NCBI GenBank assembly: GCA_040386535.1
Contig: JAZKFH010000037.1
Coordinates: forward strand, 42,430-106,429
Direction of reading: 5' to 3'
Length of the DNA stretch: 64,000 bases
From: Myxococcota bacterium
Lineage (GTDB): Bacteria; Myxococcota_A; UBA796; SXON01
Shown here: positions 31,450-40,475 of the stretch, one piece after another
Position numbering within the stretch: the stretch's first letter is position 1
Layout of the letters: each line of letters opens with the position of its first letter
The notes under the pieces: generated by a model
Databases searched by the model: none
Told to the model about the DNA's origin: nothing
Seen by the model: only the letters and a program-made list of their open reading frames with translations
Made by a program: the position numbers and the translations under genes

Positions 31450-33531
31450 CTACTCCTCCGTGCACGCGATGGACGTCTCGCCCGACCACCCCGGATAGGG
31501 GCGCGCCTGCTTGACGTACAGCGTGGGCGTGCCCGGCGTGAGCTTGTCGTCGAACTTCCACTCCACGTCGATCGCGTACCAGCCGTCGCCGCCGTAGGGC
31601 TCCGCGAAGAAGCGGTGGATGGAGTCGAGCGCCACGGCGAGGTCGTACGCCTCGTCGGTCGTGAGCACGGTCTCGCCTTCGGGGACGAGCGTGCTGTGTT
31701 GGATGTACACGATCGGCTGGCCGGGGCTGTAGTAGTAGTGGAGCCACGCGTCGGAGAGCACGCCGGGCTCCGGCGCGACGACATCCTCGCCGCCCTCCTG
31801 CCCGTTCACGTAGAACGCGGGCTCGAGCCCCGTCGTGTCGTACGGGTTGTTGGTGATCGCCACGCCGTTGGCCTCTTCCTCGGGGAAGTTGGCGTGCACG
31901 AGCAGGCCCATGCCGACATCGAGGTGGTTCATCGAGTAGTACGCCCGCTCCTCGTAGGCGCGGGGGTTCCACACCTGGGACCACACCTTCTTCACGGCCC
32001 ACTCGATGCTGTCGCGCTCGTCGCCCACGATGTCGGGGTGGCCGGTCTCGGAGTTGTACAGGCCCGCGCCGGTGAAGGCGCCGAGGTCCTCGGCGTTGGT
32101 GCTCGACCGGAACCGGGCGTTCTCCCCGGGGAACACCACGGCGGCCTTCGCGATGATCATCGCGACCACCTCGGGGCGCATCGGCGCGTCGCGCATCTCG
32201 TCCTTGAAGGCCTCGAGCTGCTCGGCGCGGAAGTTGGGATCGTCCCACTCCGGCTGCGCCATGATCGCGTTGATGCGGTCCCACAGACCGTTGTCGGTCA
32301 TGAACTGGTTGTAGTAGTACATCGGGATGCCGAACGCGGGCTGGACCGGGATCGGCTCTCCCATCGCCGAGGCGTCCGCCAGCGCGCCGTAGTTGGTCGC
32401 CTTCGCGCCGAACATCGGGATCGAGAGCGAGATCGCCTCGGAGAGCGGCATGGCGTCGAGGTCGAGCATGTCCTGCACGTCGCGGAAGTCGGTCACCTCG
32501 AGGTTCATGGGCTGGACCACGAGCGGATCGGGCTTGTTGGCCTCCCACCACGCGTCCGCCTCGGTCTCCGTGATCTCGCGCACGCTCCAGTCGAAGGCGC
32601 CGACCGTCAGCTCCACCCACTTGCCTTCGAGCGCCTGGAGCTCGGGCAGGTTCTGGGCGTCACGCAACGCCATGTTGGGCGTGCCACGGTTGACGGAGAG
32701 CACGTTGATGTGGGCGAGGGGGGTCTGGAATTGGGAGGTGATGATGCCCGCGACGATGGAGATGTCGTTGGGCACCGAGTCGAGCACCACGAGCTCACGG
32801 TAGGGGGTGTACGCCCCGTCCAGCTCGCCGTCCGCGTACATGCGCAACAGGCCGGTGGTCGTGCCGAGGTTGAGCGGCTGGTAGTCCACGCCGGCGTAGA
32901 GCTCGTCGGTAGAGACGATCTTCACGTCGTCGGGGAGCGACGCGGCCACGACCTCGACCGCCACGCTGGTGGGGTGGAAGTAGAGCTCCTCGCCCATCCA
33001 CGCGGCGTCGCGGATGAGGCGGTACGCGGTCGCGATCATCTCGGCGTCGGCCGTGTCGTAGGGGGAGATCTCGTAGACCCACTTCGCCGGGCCCGTGTAG
33101 TAGGACACGGCGCCGAGGATGAAGCGGCGATCGGGGCTGTAGTACTCGGTCTCGTTGAACTGATCCATCGCCGGGACCGGCGGCAGGCCGTCCCCCGACA
33201 GGTGGGTGGACGCGAAGTCCCAGTGGATGCAGTAGCGCTTCGAGTTCTGGAAGTAGAGCGCGTTCCCGTCGACCCGGTCGATGACCGTCTTGACCGACGT
33301 GGCGCCGGGGATGCTCGCGTCCGCCGGCTCGCTGGAGAGGATGTCGTAGTCGCCCTGGCAGCCGAGCTGCTGGGCGAAGTCGGGGCTGTCGCCCTCGGCC
33401 AGCAGGCACTCCCACACCGTCTCGTCGGGAGGCGCCGTGTCCGTGTCCGTTCCCTTGTCGGTGTCGGGGTCGACGTCCGGCCCGTTGCACGCCGTCAATC
33501 CCACGAACAGCCACGCCAGGACTCGAAACAT
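31450..33531 (-). CDS. Lipoprotein with PEP/pyruvate-binding (PPDK N-terminal ATP-grasp) domain
   Basis: Lipobox GLTAC; FGAKATN, RFRSSTNAED, GAGLY, IDVEWK, VKQARP; no phosphohistidine domain recognised. Confidence 0.8.
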   Translation of the reverse strand: MFRVLAWLFVGLTACNGPDVDPDTDKGTDTDTAPPDETVWECLLAEGDSPDFAQQLGCQGDYDILSSEPADASIPGATSVKTVIDRVDGNALYFQNSKRYCIHWDFASTHLSGDGLPPVPAMDQFNETEYYSPDRRFILGAVSYYTGPAKWVYEISPYDTADAEMIATAYRLIRDAAWMGEELYFHPTSVAVEVVAASLPDDVKIVSTDELYAGVDYQPLNLGTTTGLLRMYADGELDGAYTPYRELVVLDSVPNDISIVAGIITSQFQTPLAHINVLSVNRGTPNMALRDAQNLPELQALEGKWVELTVGAFDWSVREITETEADAWWEANKPDPLVVQPMNLEVTDFRDVQDMLDLDAMPLSEAISLSIPMFGAKATNYGALADASAMGEPIPVQPAFGIPMYYYNQFMTDNGLWDRINAIMAQPEWDDPNFRAEQLEAFKDEMRDAPMRPEVVAMIIAKAAVVFPGENARFRSSTNAEDLGAFTGAGLYNSETGHPDIVGDERDSIEWAVKKVWSQVWNPRAYEERAYYSMNHLDVGMGLLVHANFPEEEANGVAITNNPYDTTGLEPAFYVNGQEGGEDVVAPEPGVLSDAWLHYYYSPGQPIVYIQHSTLVPEGETVLTTDEAYDLAVALDSIHRFFAEPYGGDGWYAIDVEWKFDDKLTPGTPTLYVKQARPYPGWSGETSIACTEE

Positions 33532-33605
33532 CAACACCTCGACCGCGCCAGCATAGCGCCGGTCGGGCGCGATCGGATAGCGCCACGTGCTTCCTGCCGC
33601 CGGCG

Positions 33606-34721
33606 TCAGCCCCGCTGCCACACGGCGGGCCGGGCGCGCCCGTCCACATCCACGGTCGGCCAGCGCGGATCGACGGTGAGCACCTCGATCCCTGCATCCG
33701 TCGTGAGCACCGTGTCCTCGATCTTCATGCCGCGCACGCTCGGGTTCCACGCGAGCGCGGTGGGGGAGGCGAGCACGTCGGTCGTGTCGGGGGTCGCGAC
33801 GGTTTCCCGCGCGAGGTAGCCGGTGGTGCCGCCCTGGTGATGGGCCAGCTGCTCGCCGGGGAGGCCGGCGTCCGCGTAGGCGCGCACCAGCGCCCCGAAC
33901 ACCTCGTCCAGCCGCGCGCCCGGCCGCGACGCGCGCAACGCGGCCGCCTCCACCCCGGCCACGACCTCGAAGGCGTGGGCCTCCTCGGGCGTCACGCCCC
34001 CGAACGAGACGAAGCGGGTCAGGTTGGCGTAGAGCCCGTGGCGGCGGCCGCACACGACCAACATCCCGCGCCGCCCGATCGGCGCCTGGGTCGGTGTCGG
34101 GTGGCGATACCGCGGCAGCCGGGCCTCGCCGCCGACCAGCGTGACCGCGGGGTGGATGCCGCGGCGCCACAACGCCTCGGCGGCGGCGCCCGCGACGGCG
34201 GCCTCTGTCCAGCCCGGGTGGACGGCCAGGAGCACGTCGGTGACGGCCTCGGCGGCGTCTCGCGCGAGGAGGCGGTAGCGTTCGACCTCGGCGGGGACGA
34301 GCCGGCGCTTGGCCTCGACGAGATGCACGGGCAGCGCGCGCTCGCCGCCACGCGGCCGGTCCGACGCCACCTCGCCGCTGGCCTCGACGGCGACGAAGCG
34401 CTCGCGGCGGGCGGGCTCCGCCCAGGGATCGGACTGAAGGGTGTAGGGCGCCGGCACCTCCTCGTGGCGGAGCCGCTCGACCTCGATGGCATCCGTCAGC
34501 ACCCACGCGCCGGTCTGGGTCACGAGGACCTCGGCCACGCCGGACTCCGCGGCCAGGTTCACCACGTTGGAGCCGCCGCCGGTGGCCCACGCGAACCAGT
34601 CCACGCCGCGCAGGCGGAGGGCGCCGAGCCCGCCGGTGGTCAGGACCCCGCTAAGCAGCGCCAGCTTCTGCTCGATCTCGGCCGTCGTCGTGGTGCCACC
34701 GGTTGCGCTACAGTACTTCAA
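33606..34721 (-). CDS. M24 family metallopeptidase (Xaa-Pro aminopeptidase-like); start uncertain
   Basis: WFAWATGGG, YRHP, GLYANLTR, HHQGG.TGY..RE, WNPS..G.KIEDT. Confidence 0.85.
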   Translation of the reverse strand: MKYCSATGGTTTTAEIEQKLALLSGVLTTGGLGALRLRGVDWFAWATGGGSNVVNLAAESGVAEVLVTQTGAWVLTDAIEVERLRHEEVPAPYTLQSDPWAEPARRERFVAVEASGEVASDRPRGGERALPVHLVEAKRRLVPAEVERYRLLARDAAEAVTDVLLAVHPGWTEAAVAGAAAEALWRRGIHPAVTLVGGEARLPRYRHPTPTQAPIGRRGMLVVCGRRHGLYANLTRFVSFGGVTPEEAHAFEVVAGVEAAALRASRPGARLDEVFGALVRAYADAGLPGEQLAHHQGGTTGYLARETVATPDTTDVLASPTALAWNPSVRGMKIEDTVLTTDAGIEVLTVDPRWPTVDVDGRARPAVWQRG

Positions 34722-36034
34722 TGCGCACCTCGTTGATTCTGTTCCTCGCCGCCTGCACCGAGTACGGGATCGAGGGCCAGAAAGAAGAACCTACCTTGGA
34801 AGAAGACACCGCAGGGTTCCCCGATGTGGCGGTCACCCCCACCACCATCGATCTCGGCGTCGTGTGCGCCGGCTCGATCCACGAGAGCGTGGTCGAGGTG
34901 AGCAACGGGGGCGACGAGCCGCTCAACGTGCGCGGACTCACGTTGGATGGCGAGGGCTGGGCACACGGCGACGTGACGCTGCCCACCACGCTCCAGCCGG
35001 GCGAGCTCCTCTCGATCCCCGTCACCGGCGGCCCGGGAAACGCCACGTTGACCGTGCACACGGACGATCCCGACTCCCCCGACGTCGAGGTCGCGTTGTG
35101 GGCCGCCCTGGACGCGCCCCCGACCGCCACGATCACCGCCCCGCCCGACGGCGACGTGCTCGCGGGCGACGCGTTGGTCTCGTTCACCGGCCTCGTCACG
35201 GACGACGCTGACGCGGCCGACACCCTGGCGATCACTTGGGCCTCGGACATCGACGGCGTGGTCGGCACCGGCCCGGCCACCGCCGCGGGGGACACCTCCG
35301 TGAGTTGGGACCCGAGCGTCCGCACGGCCGGCTCCCATCGGGTCACGCTCACCGCCACCGATTCGTGCGGCCAGTCCGTGAGCGACGCGGTCACCATCTG
35401 CCAGGACCAGGGCTACACCGCCGACAACCTCGACCTCGCCACCTGGAACTTCGAGGGTAGCGCGCGGTGGGACGGCGGGAACGGGTGGGTCGAGCTCACC
35501 CAGCCGCTCGAGGGCCAGAGCGGCACCGCCTTTCAGACCGCCACGACCGTGAGCGCGGACAACGTCTCGATCGATTTTTCGTTCTACGTGAGCGGCGGCA
35601 GCGGCGCGGACGGCATCTCGGTGACCGCGCTCGACTCCTCGCGCATGGCCGGCTTCGTCGGCGACTCCGGCGGCGGCATGGGCTACGGCGGCCTGCCCGG
35701 CTGGAGCGTCGAGGTCGATACCTACTACAACTACGACTACGGCGATCCCACGGAGGGGGACCACGTCTCCATCCACTTCGACGGGCAGCCGATGAACCCC
35801 GCCGCGTGGGCCGCGCTCCCCGAGATGGAGGACGGCGCCTGGCACGCCATGACCGTGACCGTGCTCGCGCGGCGCGTGACCGTGGCGATCGACGGGGTGA
35901 CCTACATCGACCAGAACCTGTCGGGCTTGACGCCGTTCCCCGCCTACGTCGGCTTCACCGCGGGCACCGGCAGCCTCACCAACTACCACCTCATCGACGC
36001 GCTCACGGTCACCCGGTACGTCTGCGAGGAATGA
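34721..36034 (+). CDS. Lipoprotein with Ig-like and legume-lectin-like domains
   Basis: MRTSLILFLAAC; WASDIDG Ig segment; GADG, VEVDTY, DGAWH, YVGFTAGTG. Confidence 0.8.
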   Translation: MRTSLILFLAACTEYGIEGQKEEPTLEEDTAGFPDVAVTPTTIDLGVVCAGSIHESVVEVSNGGDEPLNVRGLTLDGEGWAHGDVTLPTTLQPGELLSIPVTGGPGNATLTVHTDDPDSPDVEVALWAALDAPPTATITAPPDGDVLAGDALVSFTGLVTDDADAADTLAITWASDIDGVVGTGPATAAGDTSVSWDPSVRTAGSHRVTLTATDSCGQSVSDAVTICQDQGYTADNLDLATWNFEGSARWDGGNGWVELTQPLEGQSGTAFQTATTVSADNVSIDFSFYVSGGSGADGISVTALDSSRMAGFVGDSGGGMGYGGLPGWSVEVDTYYNYDYGDPTEGDHVSIHFDGQPMNPAAWAALPEMEDGAWHAMTVTVLARRVTVAIDGVTYIDQNLSGLTPFPAYVGFTAGTGSLTNYHLIDALTVTRYVCEE

Positions 36035-36232
36035 GGGGCTCGGGAGCCCCGACATCAGGGGCCCGGCGGGCGCGCGCGTGGTGCCCCGCACATTCCGACC
36101 CCTCGCGGGGGGCCCCCGGGCCGCCATGCCGGCGGGCTCGCCCGCCGGCTGGCGGAGCCGAGGGGCGCGGGGGTCGGAATGAACGCGCGCGCCCGCCCCC
36201 TTGGGGGTCTGGGGGGCTCGGGAGCCCCCCAG
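36035..36232. repeat. Nested palindromic REP/REPIN-like element between convergent genes
   Basis: GGGGCTCGGGAGCCCC at both ends; 15-bp IR 36065-36079/36183-36197; 12-bp IR 36091-36102/36170-36181; inner hairpin 36121-36155. Confidence 0.75.
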
Positions 36233-36240
36233 GAGACCAG

Positions 36241-37158
36241 CTACGCCGCCGAGCCGGCGGCGGCCCGCGGCCACATCGCCCCCGCGTCGAGCCAATTCGC
36301 GGGGTTCTCGAGCACCTCCACGAACTTGTCGATGCCGAACCGCGCGTTCAGGCCGTCCTCGATGCGCTCCTCGTAGGTGAAGCGCAGGTGGAGCATCGGC
36401 CGCACGATCGGCTGGCCGTCGCGCACGATCACCCGGTCTTCGAGCTTGCCGATCATGATGAACAGCGGGCAGTTGCCGTACTCGAAGAGGTGGTGGTACC
36501 CGGCGCCCATCCCGAGCGAGCCGAGGTTGGCGATGAAGATGCTGGTGAAGAGCGGGTCGCCGTCGATGTACCAGCGGGGGAGCAGGTTGTAGTAGTCGGC
36601 GGCCTTGAGCGTCCACGCGCCGAAGCGCAGGATGGGGCGCGGGAAGAAGTTGAACAGATCCAGCTCCTTGTCCGTGCGCGTCTTCTTGCCGCTGCGCTCC
36701 TGCACGATGCCGCCGTTCATGCGGGCCACCAGGTCCAGGAAGGCCTCGCCGTCCGGCATGTTCAGCTTGACCGTGGAGATCTGGGCCTCGCGGTCCATCC
36801 GGGCGCGCTTCATCGAGAAGCTCAGCCACCGCGCGTTGCGTTGGTACAGGCGCCGGCCCACCACGAAGCGGTTCATCTTCGGGGTGGCGGCCAGCGCGAT
36901 GTTGGCGGCCGCCACGGTCAGGTGGGTCATGTTCACGCCGGTGTCCGCCTCCTTGTGGCGGGCCAGCCACGTGGTGAGCGCCTCCCCGTCGGCGTAGGCG
37001 TCGAAGAACACCACCGCGTCCGCACGCGTCGGCAGCAGGTAGAGCAGGATCCGCCGGAACGGGTGGAGCCGCAGGAGCGTGCCGTCGGGGCGCGACGTCT
37101 TGAACTCCACGACGAGCCAGAGGGCGAAGGGGACGAGGAGCCAGAGGAAGGCGGACAT
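36241..37158 (-). CDS. 2-oxoacid dehydrogenase E2-like acyltransferase catalytic-domain protein
   Basis: MNRFV.G.RLYQR, FIANLGSLG, TYEERIEDG; no lipoyl domain. Confidence 0.8.
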   Translation of the reverse strand: MSAFLWLLVPFALWLVVEFKTSRPDGTLLRLHPFRRILLYLLPTRADAVVFFDAYADGEALTTWLARHKEADTGVNMTHLTVAAANIALAATPKMNRFVVGRRLYQRNARWLSFSMKRARMDREAQISTVKLNMPDGEAFLDLVARMNGGIVQERSGKKTRTDKELDLFNFFPRPILRFGAWTLKAADYYNLLPRWYIDGDPLFTSIFIANLGSLGMGAGYHHLFEYGNCPLFIMIGKLEDRVIVRDGQPIVRPMLHLRFTYEERIEDGLNARFGIDKFVEVLENPANWLDAGAMWPRAAAGSAA

Positions 37159-37283
37159 GGAGGGCACCGACGTGGGAGCCGCCCCTAACCGATGGCGCAA
37201 CGCGGGCTTCCGGCAACCACACGCGAGCAGGGTCACAGCCCGACGGTGCGGTTAGGCGATGCGCCTCTCGACCGGAGCTCAGC

Positions 37284-38273
37284 ATGCGTGTCGCCCTCAC
37301 CGGAGCCAGCGGGCTCCTCGGCGGAAACCTCGCCATCGCCCTGTGCGAGCGGGGGGACACCGTCGTCGCCACGCGCCGGGGCACGAGCCGCGTGAAGCAC
37401 CTCGACGACTACCCGATCGAGTGGGTCGACGCCGACCTCGGCGAGCCCGAGAAGCTCACCGGCGCCTTCACCGGCGCGGAGCTGGTGTTCCACGTCGCCG
37501 CGATGGTGAGCGTGCGCCGCCGCCCCACCCCGGCCCTCGTGGCGGCCAACGTCGAGGGGACGCGCAACGTGGTCACCGCCGTCCGCGCCGCCGGCGTGCG
37601 CCGGCTCGTGCACACCTCGACCGTGGGCGCCGTCGGCCTCTCGGAGGACGGCGTGCCGTGCACCGAGGGCGCGCGGTGGAACTTCGGCGAGCACGACCTG
37701 GACGACGGGTACGTCACCACCAAGCACCAGTCCGAGCTGCTCGTGGCAGAGGCCGTGCGTGGCGGGCTCGACGCCGTGGTCGTCAACCCGACCTACATGC
37801 TCGGGCCCTTCGACAGCAAGCCCAGCTCCGGCAAGCTGTTGATCGAGCTTGCACGCGGCAAGATCCCCGGCCTCACCCCCGGCGCGAACAACTTCGTCGA
37901 CGTGCGCGACGTGGTGCGCGGCATGCTCCTGGCCGCCGAGCGGGGGCGCGCGGGCGAGCGTTACATCCTCGGCGGCGAGAACATGCCGTACGCCGTGGCC
38001 TTCGCGCGGATGGCGAAGGTCATCGGGGTGGCGCCGCCCACGCGGGTGTTGCCGGGGTGGATCGCGCGCGGGTTCGGGCTCGCCGGGGACGTGCAGGAAA
38101 AGCTCACCGGGAGCGAGCCGATGCTCAACAGCGTCACGGTTCGGTACGGGTACTGTAAGTCCTTCCAATTCTCCTCCGCAAAGGCCGAGCAGGAGCTTGG
38201 ATACACCCATGGTCCAATCGAACCTGCCATTGCCGACGCGATCGCATGGTTCCGAGCGAGCGGTATGCTGTAG
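37284..38273 (+). CDS. NAD-dependent epimerase/dehydratase (extended SDR, dihydroflavonol reductase-like)
   Basis: TGASGLLG, NVEGT, YVTTK, VNPTYMLGP. Confidence 0.92.
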   Translation: MRVALTGASGLLGGNLAIALCERGDTVVATRRGTSRVKHLDDYPIEWVDADLGEPEKLTGAFTGAELVFHVAAMVSVRRRPTPALVAANVEGTRNVVTAVRAAGVRRLVHTSTVGAVGLSEDGVPCTEGARWNFGEHDLDDGYVTTKHQSELLVAEAVRGGLDAVVVNPTYMLGPFDSKPSSGKLLIELARGKIPGLTPGANNFVDVRDVVRGMLLAAERGRAGERYILGGENMPYAVAFARMAKVIGVAPPTRVLPGWIARGFGLAGDVQEKLTGSEPMLNSVTVRYGYCKSFQFSSAKAEQELGYTHGPIEPAIADAIAWFRASGML

Positions 38274-38275
38274 GC

Positions 38276-39280
38276 ATGTCGGCGAACCTCATCGGCGCGC
38301 TCCTCGAGTCTCGGTTCCGCGTCACCGAGCGTTTTGCCGGCGGGGCAAGCGCGTGGGTGTACCGCGCGCAGGACACGCGGACGGGTGCCCAGCGCGCCGT
38401 CAAGGTGCTGGTGGAGGCCGCCGCGGTCGACGTGCAGGCCCGCTTCCGCGGCGAGATGGCCCTCCTCTCGCGGCTCAAGCACCCCTACATCGTGCCGGTG
38501 CACGCGGTGGGCGTCATCGAGGGCCAGCCCTACATGGTGATGGATCTGGTCGAGGGCGGGAGCGTGCTCGACCTGCGCAACGATGACGGGCCGCTGCTGC
38601 AGGACGACGTGTGCGTGCTCGCCATCCAGGTCCTCTCGGCGCTGGCCGAGGCGCACAAACACGGCATCGTCCACCGCGACGTGAAGCCCGGGAACGTGCT
38701 GGTGGACGACGCGGGCAACGCGCGGTTGTGTGACTTCGGCATCGCGCGGTACGACGCGGCCCGGCAGGAGCGGCTCACCAGCACCGGCTACTCGCTCGGC
38801 ACGTTGCTCTACATGGCGCCCGAGCAGCGGCTCGACGCCCGGATGTCCGACTTGACCGTCGATGTGTACGGCGTCGGCACCCTGCTGTTCCGCCTCGCGA
38901 CGGACGACAACCCGGCGGACCTGTTCGTCGCGCAGAAGGACGATCCGCGCTGGTCGGCCCTCCCCGAGGCCCTCCGCCCCATCGTGTTCCGCGCTACGCG
39001 CGCCACGCCGGCCGAGCGCTGGCCGGACGCGCGGTCCATGGCGGCGGCGCTGCTCGCCCTCCTGCCGGCCGACCGCCGTGCGGCCCTGCTCGCGCTGCCT
39101 GGAGGGGATCCCGCGGCGTTCCCCGCGCCGGCGCGTGAGATCCGCCCCGTCGGCGTGCCGGTGCGCGCGGCGCGCCCGACCTCCTCGCCGACCGCCTGGC
39201 GGTGGGGCGCCGCTGGTGCCGCCCTGAGCGTCGTGGGCGCGGTGGTGTGGTGGTTGGGGCAGCAGGCGGCGGTTCTGTAG
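38276..39280 (+). CDS. Serine/threonine protein kinase
   Basis: AVKVL, HRDVKPGN, DFGIA, YMAPEQ, DVYG; C-terminal TM helix. Confidence 0.93.
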   Translation: MSANLIGALLESRFRVTERFAGGASAWVYRAQDTRTGAQRAVKVLVEAAAVDVQARFRGEMALLSRLKHPYIVPVHAVGVIEGQPYMVMDLVEGGSVLDLRNDDGPLLQDDVCVLAIQVLSALAEAHKHGIVHRDVKPGNVLVDDAGNARLCDFGIARYDAARQERLTSTGYSLGTLLYMAPEQRLDARMSDLTVDVYGVGTLLFRLATDDNPADLFVAQKDDPRWSALPEALRPIVFRATRATPAERWPDARSMAAALLALLPADRRAALLALPGGDPAAFPAPAREIRPVGVPVRAARPTSSPTAWRWGAAGAALSVVGAVVWWLGQQAAVL

Positions 39281-39323
39281 GTCGCCCGCCCGCGGCCGCG
39301 CCGAGAGGCGGTACCATCGCGGA

Positions 39324-40364
39324 ATGCGCACGCGCCCCTTCGACGACCGCTCCGCCGTCCCCCTCCTCGTCGAGCCCGACGGCGACCCCTCCGTGGACGC
39401 GCTCGTGGCCTGGCTCACGGCCGACCCCGCCGCGACCGACACTCTCTTGACAAGGCACGGCGCTTTCTTGTTCCGCGGGTTCGCGGTGGATGGCCCCGCC
39501 GCGTTCGAGCGGATCTGCCGCGCCGTCGATCCCGCGCTGCAGAACGACTACCTGGGCACCTCGCCTCGCGACGCGATCACGCCCTACGTCTTCACCGCGA
39601 GCGAGCTCCCCGGGCACTACCCGATCCCGCAACACGCGGAGATGACCTTCCTCCCCGAGCCGCCGCGACGCCTCTTCTTCTGCGGGCTGCGCCCCAACGA
39701 CGGCCCCGGCGGCGAGACCCCCCTCGCGGACTTCCGCGCCGTCTATCGGGACCTCGCTCCCGACGTGCGGGCCCGCTGGGAGGCCCGTGGGATCCGCATC
39801 GTGCGCAACTACGGCGGGCCGGAGGGCCAGGGCCGGCGGGATCCGCGGCAGCTCAAGCGGTGGGACCAGATGTTCGGGACGACCGACCGCGCCGAGATCG
39901 AGCGCATCTGCGCGGTCCACGCGTTCACGCCCACGTGGCGGGACGACGGCCGCCTCCAGCTCGTGAGCACGCAGCCCGCCGCGCGGCCGCACCCGGTCAC
40001 CGGCGAGCCGGTCTGGTTCAACCACGCCCACGTGTTCCACGCCTCCGCGGGGCCCGGTGAGTATGCGCGCATCGCGACGCGCCTCGGGGCGTGGCCGTGG
40101 CGGGGGTGGCAGCTCGCGGCGACGGTCCTCGGGATGTGGCAACGCCTCGGCGCCGATCCCGAGGACGCGGCGATGCACGTGACCTTTGGGGACGGTGGCG
40201 CCATCCCGGAGGCCGATCTCGAGGCCGTGCGCGACGCGATCTGGAAGAACATGGTTTTTCCGCGATGGGAGCGGGGTGACGTGACCGCGATCGACAATCG
40301 AGCCGTCGCGCACGGCCGGATGCCGTATTCGGGAGCGCGTTTGGTCGCGGTCTGCTGGGCCTGA
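39324..40364 (+). CDS. TauD/TfdA family (SyrP-like) dioxygenase
   Basis: HGAFLFRGF, QHAEM (HxE), GGETPLAD, WFNHAH, DN..VAHGR. Confidence 0.9.
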   Translation: MRTRPFDDRSAVPLLVEPDGDPSVDALVAWLTADPAATDTLLTRHGAFLFRGFAVDGPAAFERICRAVDPALQNDYLGTSPRDAITPYVFTASELPGHYPIPQHAEMTFLPEPPRRLFFCGLRPNDGPGGETPLADFRAVYRDLAPDVRARWEARGIRIVRNYGGPEGQGRRDPRQLKRWDQMFGTTDRAEIERICAVHAFTPTWRDDGRLQLVSTQPAARPHPVTGEPVWFNHAHVFHASAGPGEYARIATRLGAWPWRGWQLAATVLGMWQRLGADPEDAAMHVTFGDGGAIPEADLEAVRDAIWKNMVFPRWERGDVTAIDNRAVAHGRMPYSGARLVAVCWA

Positions 40365-40475
40365 CGGAGCGCGGACGTCCGGGGGACAGGCGTGAAGCGC
40401 CGACCCGACGTTTCCGTGACGGCGGTAGCGGGTCGCGGGATCCTGGTCTACCTTCCGCGCCCTTTCCACGGATCC

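Noticed and set aside
36241..40364. Secondary-metabolite cluster around the TauD-like and SDR genes
   Set aside because: No NRPS, PKS or carrier protein; a Ser/Thr kinase lies between them.
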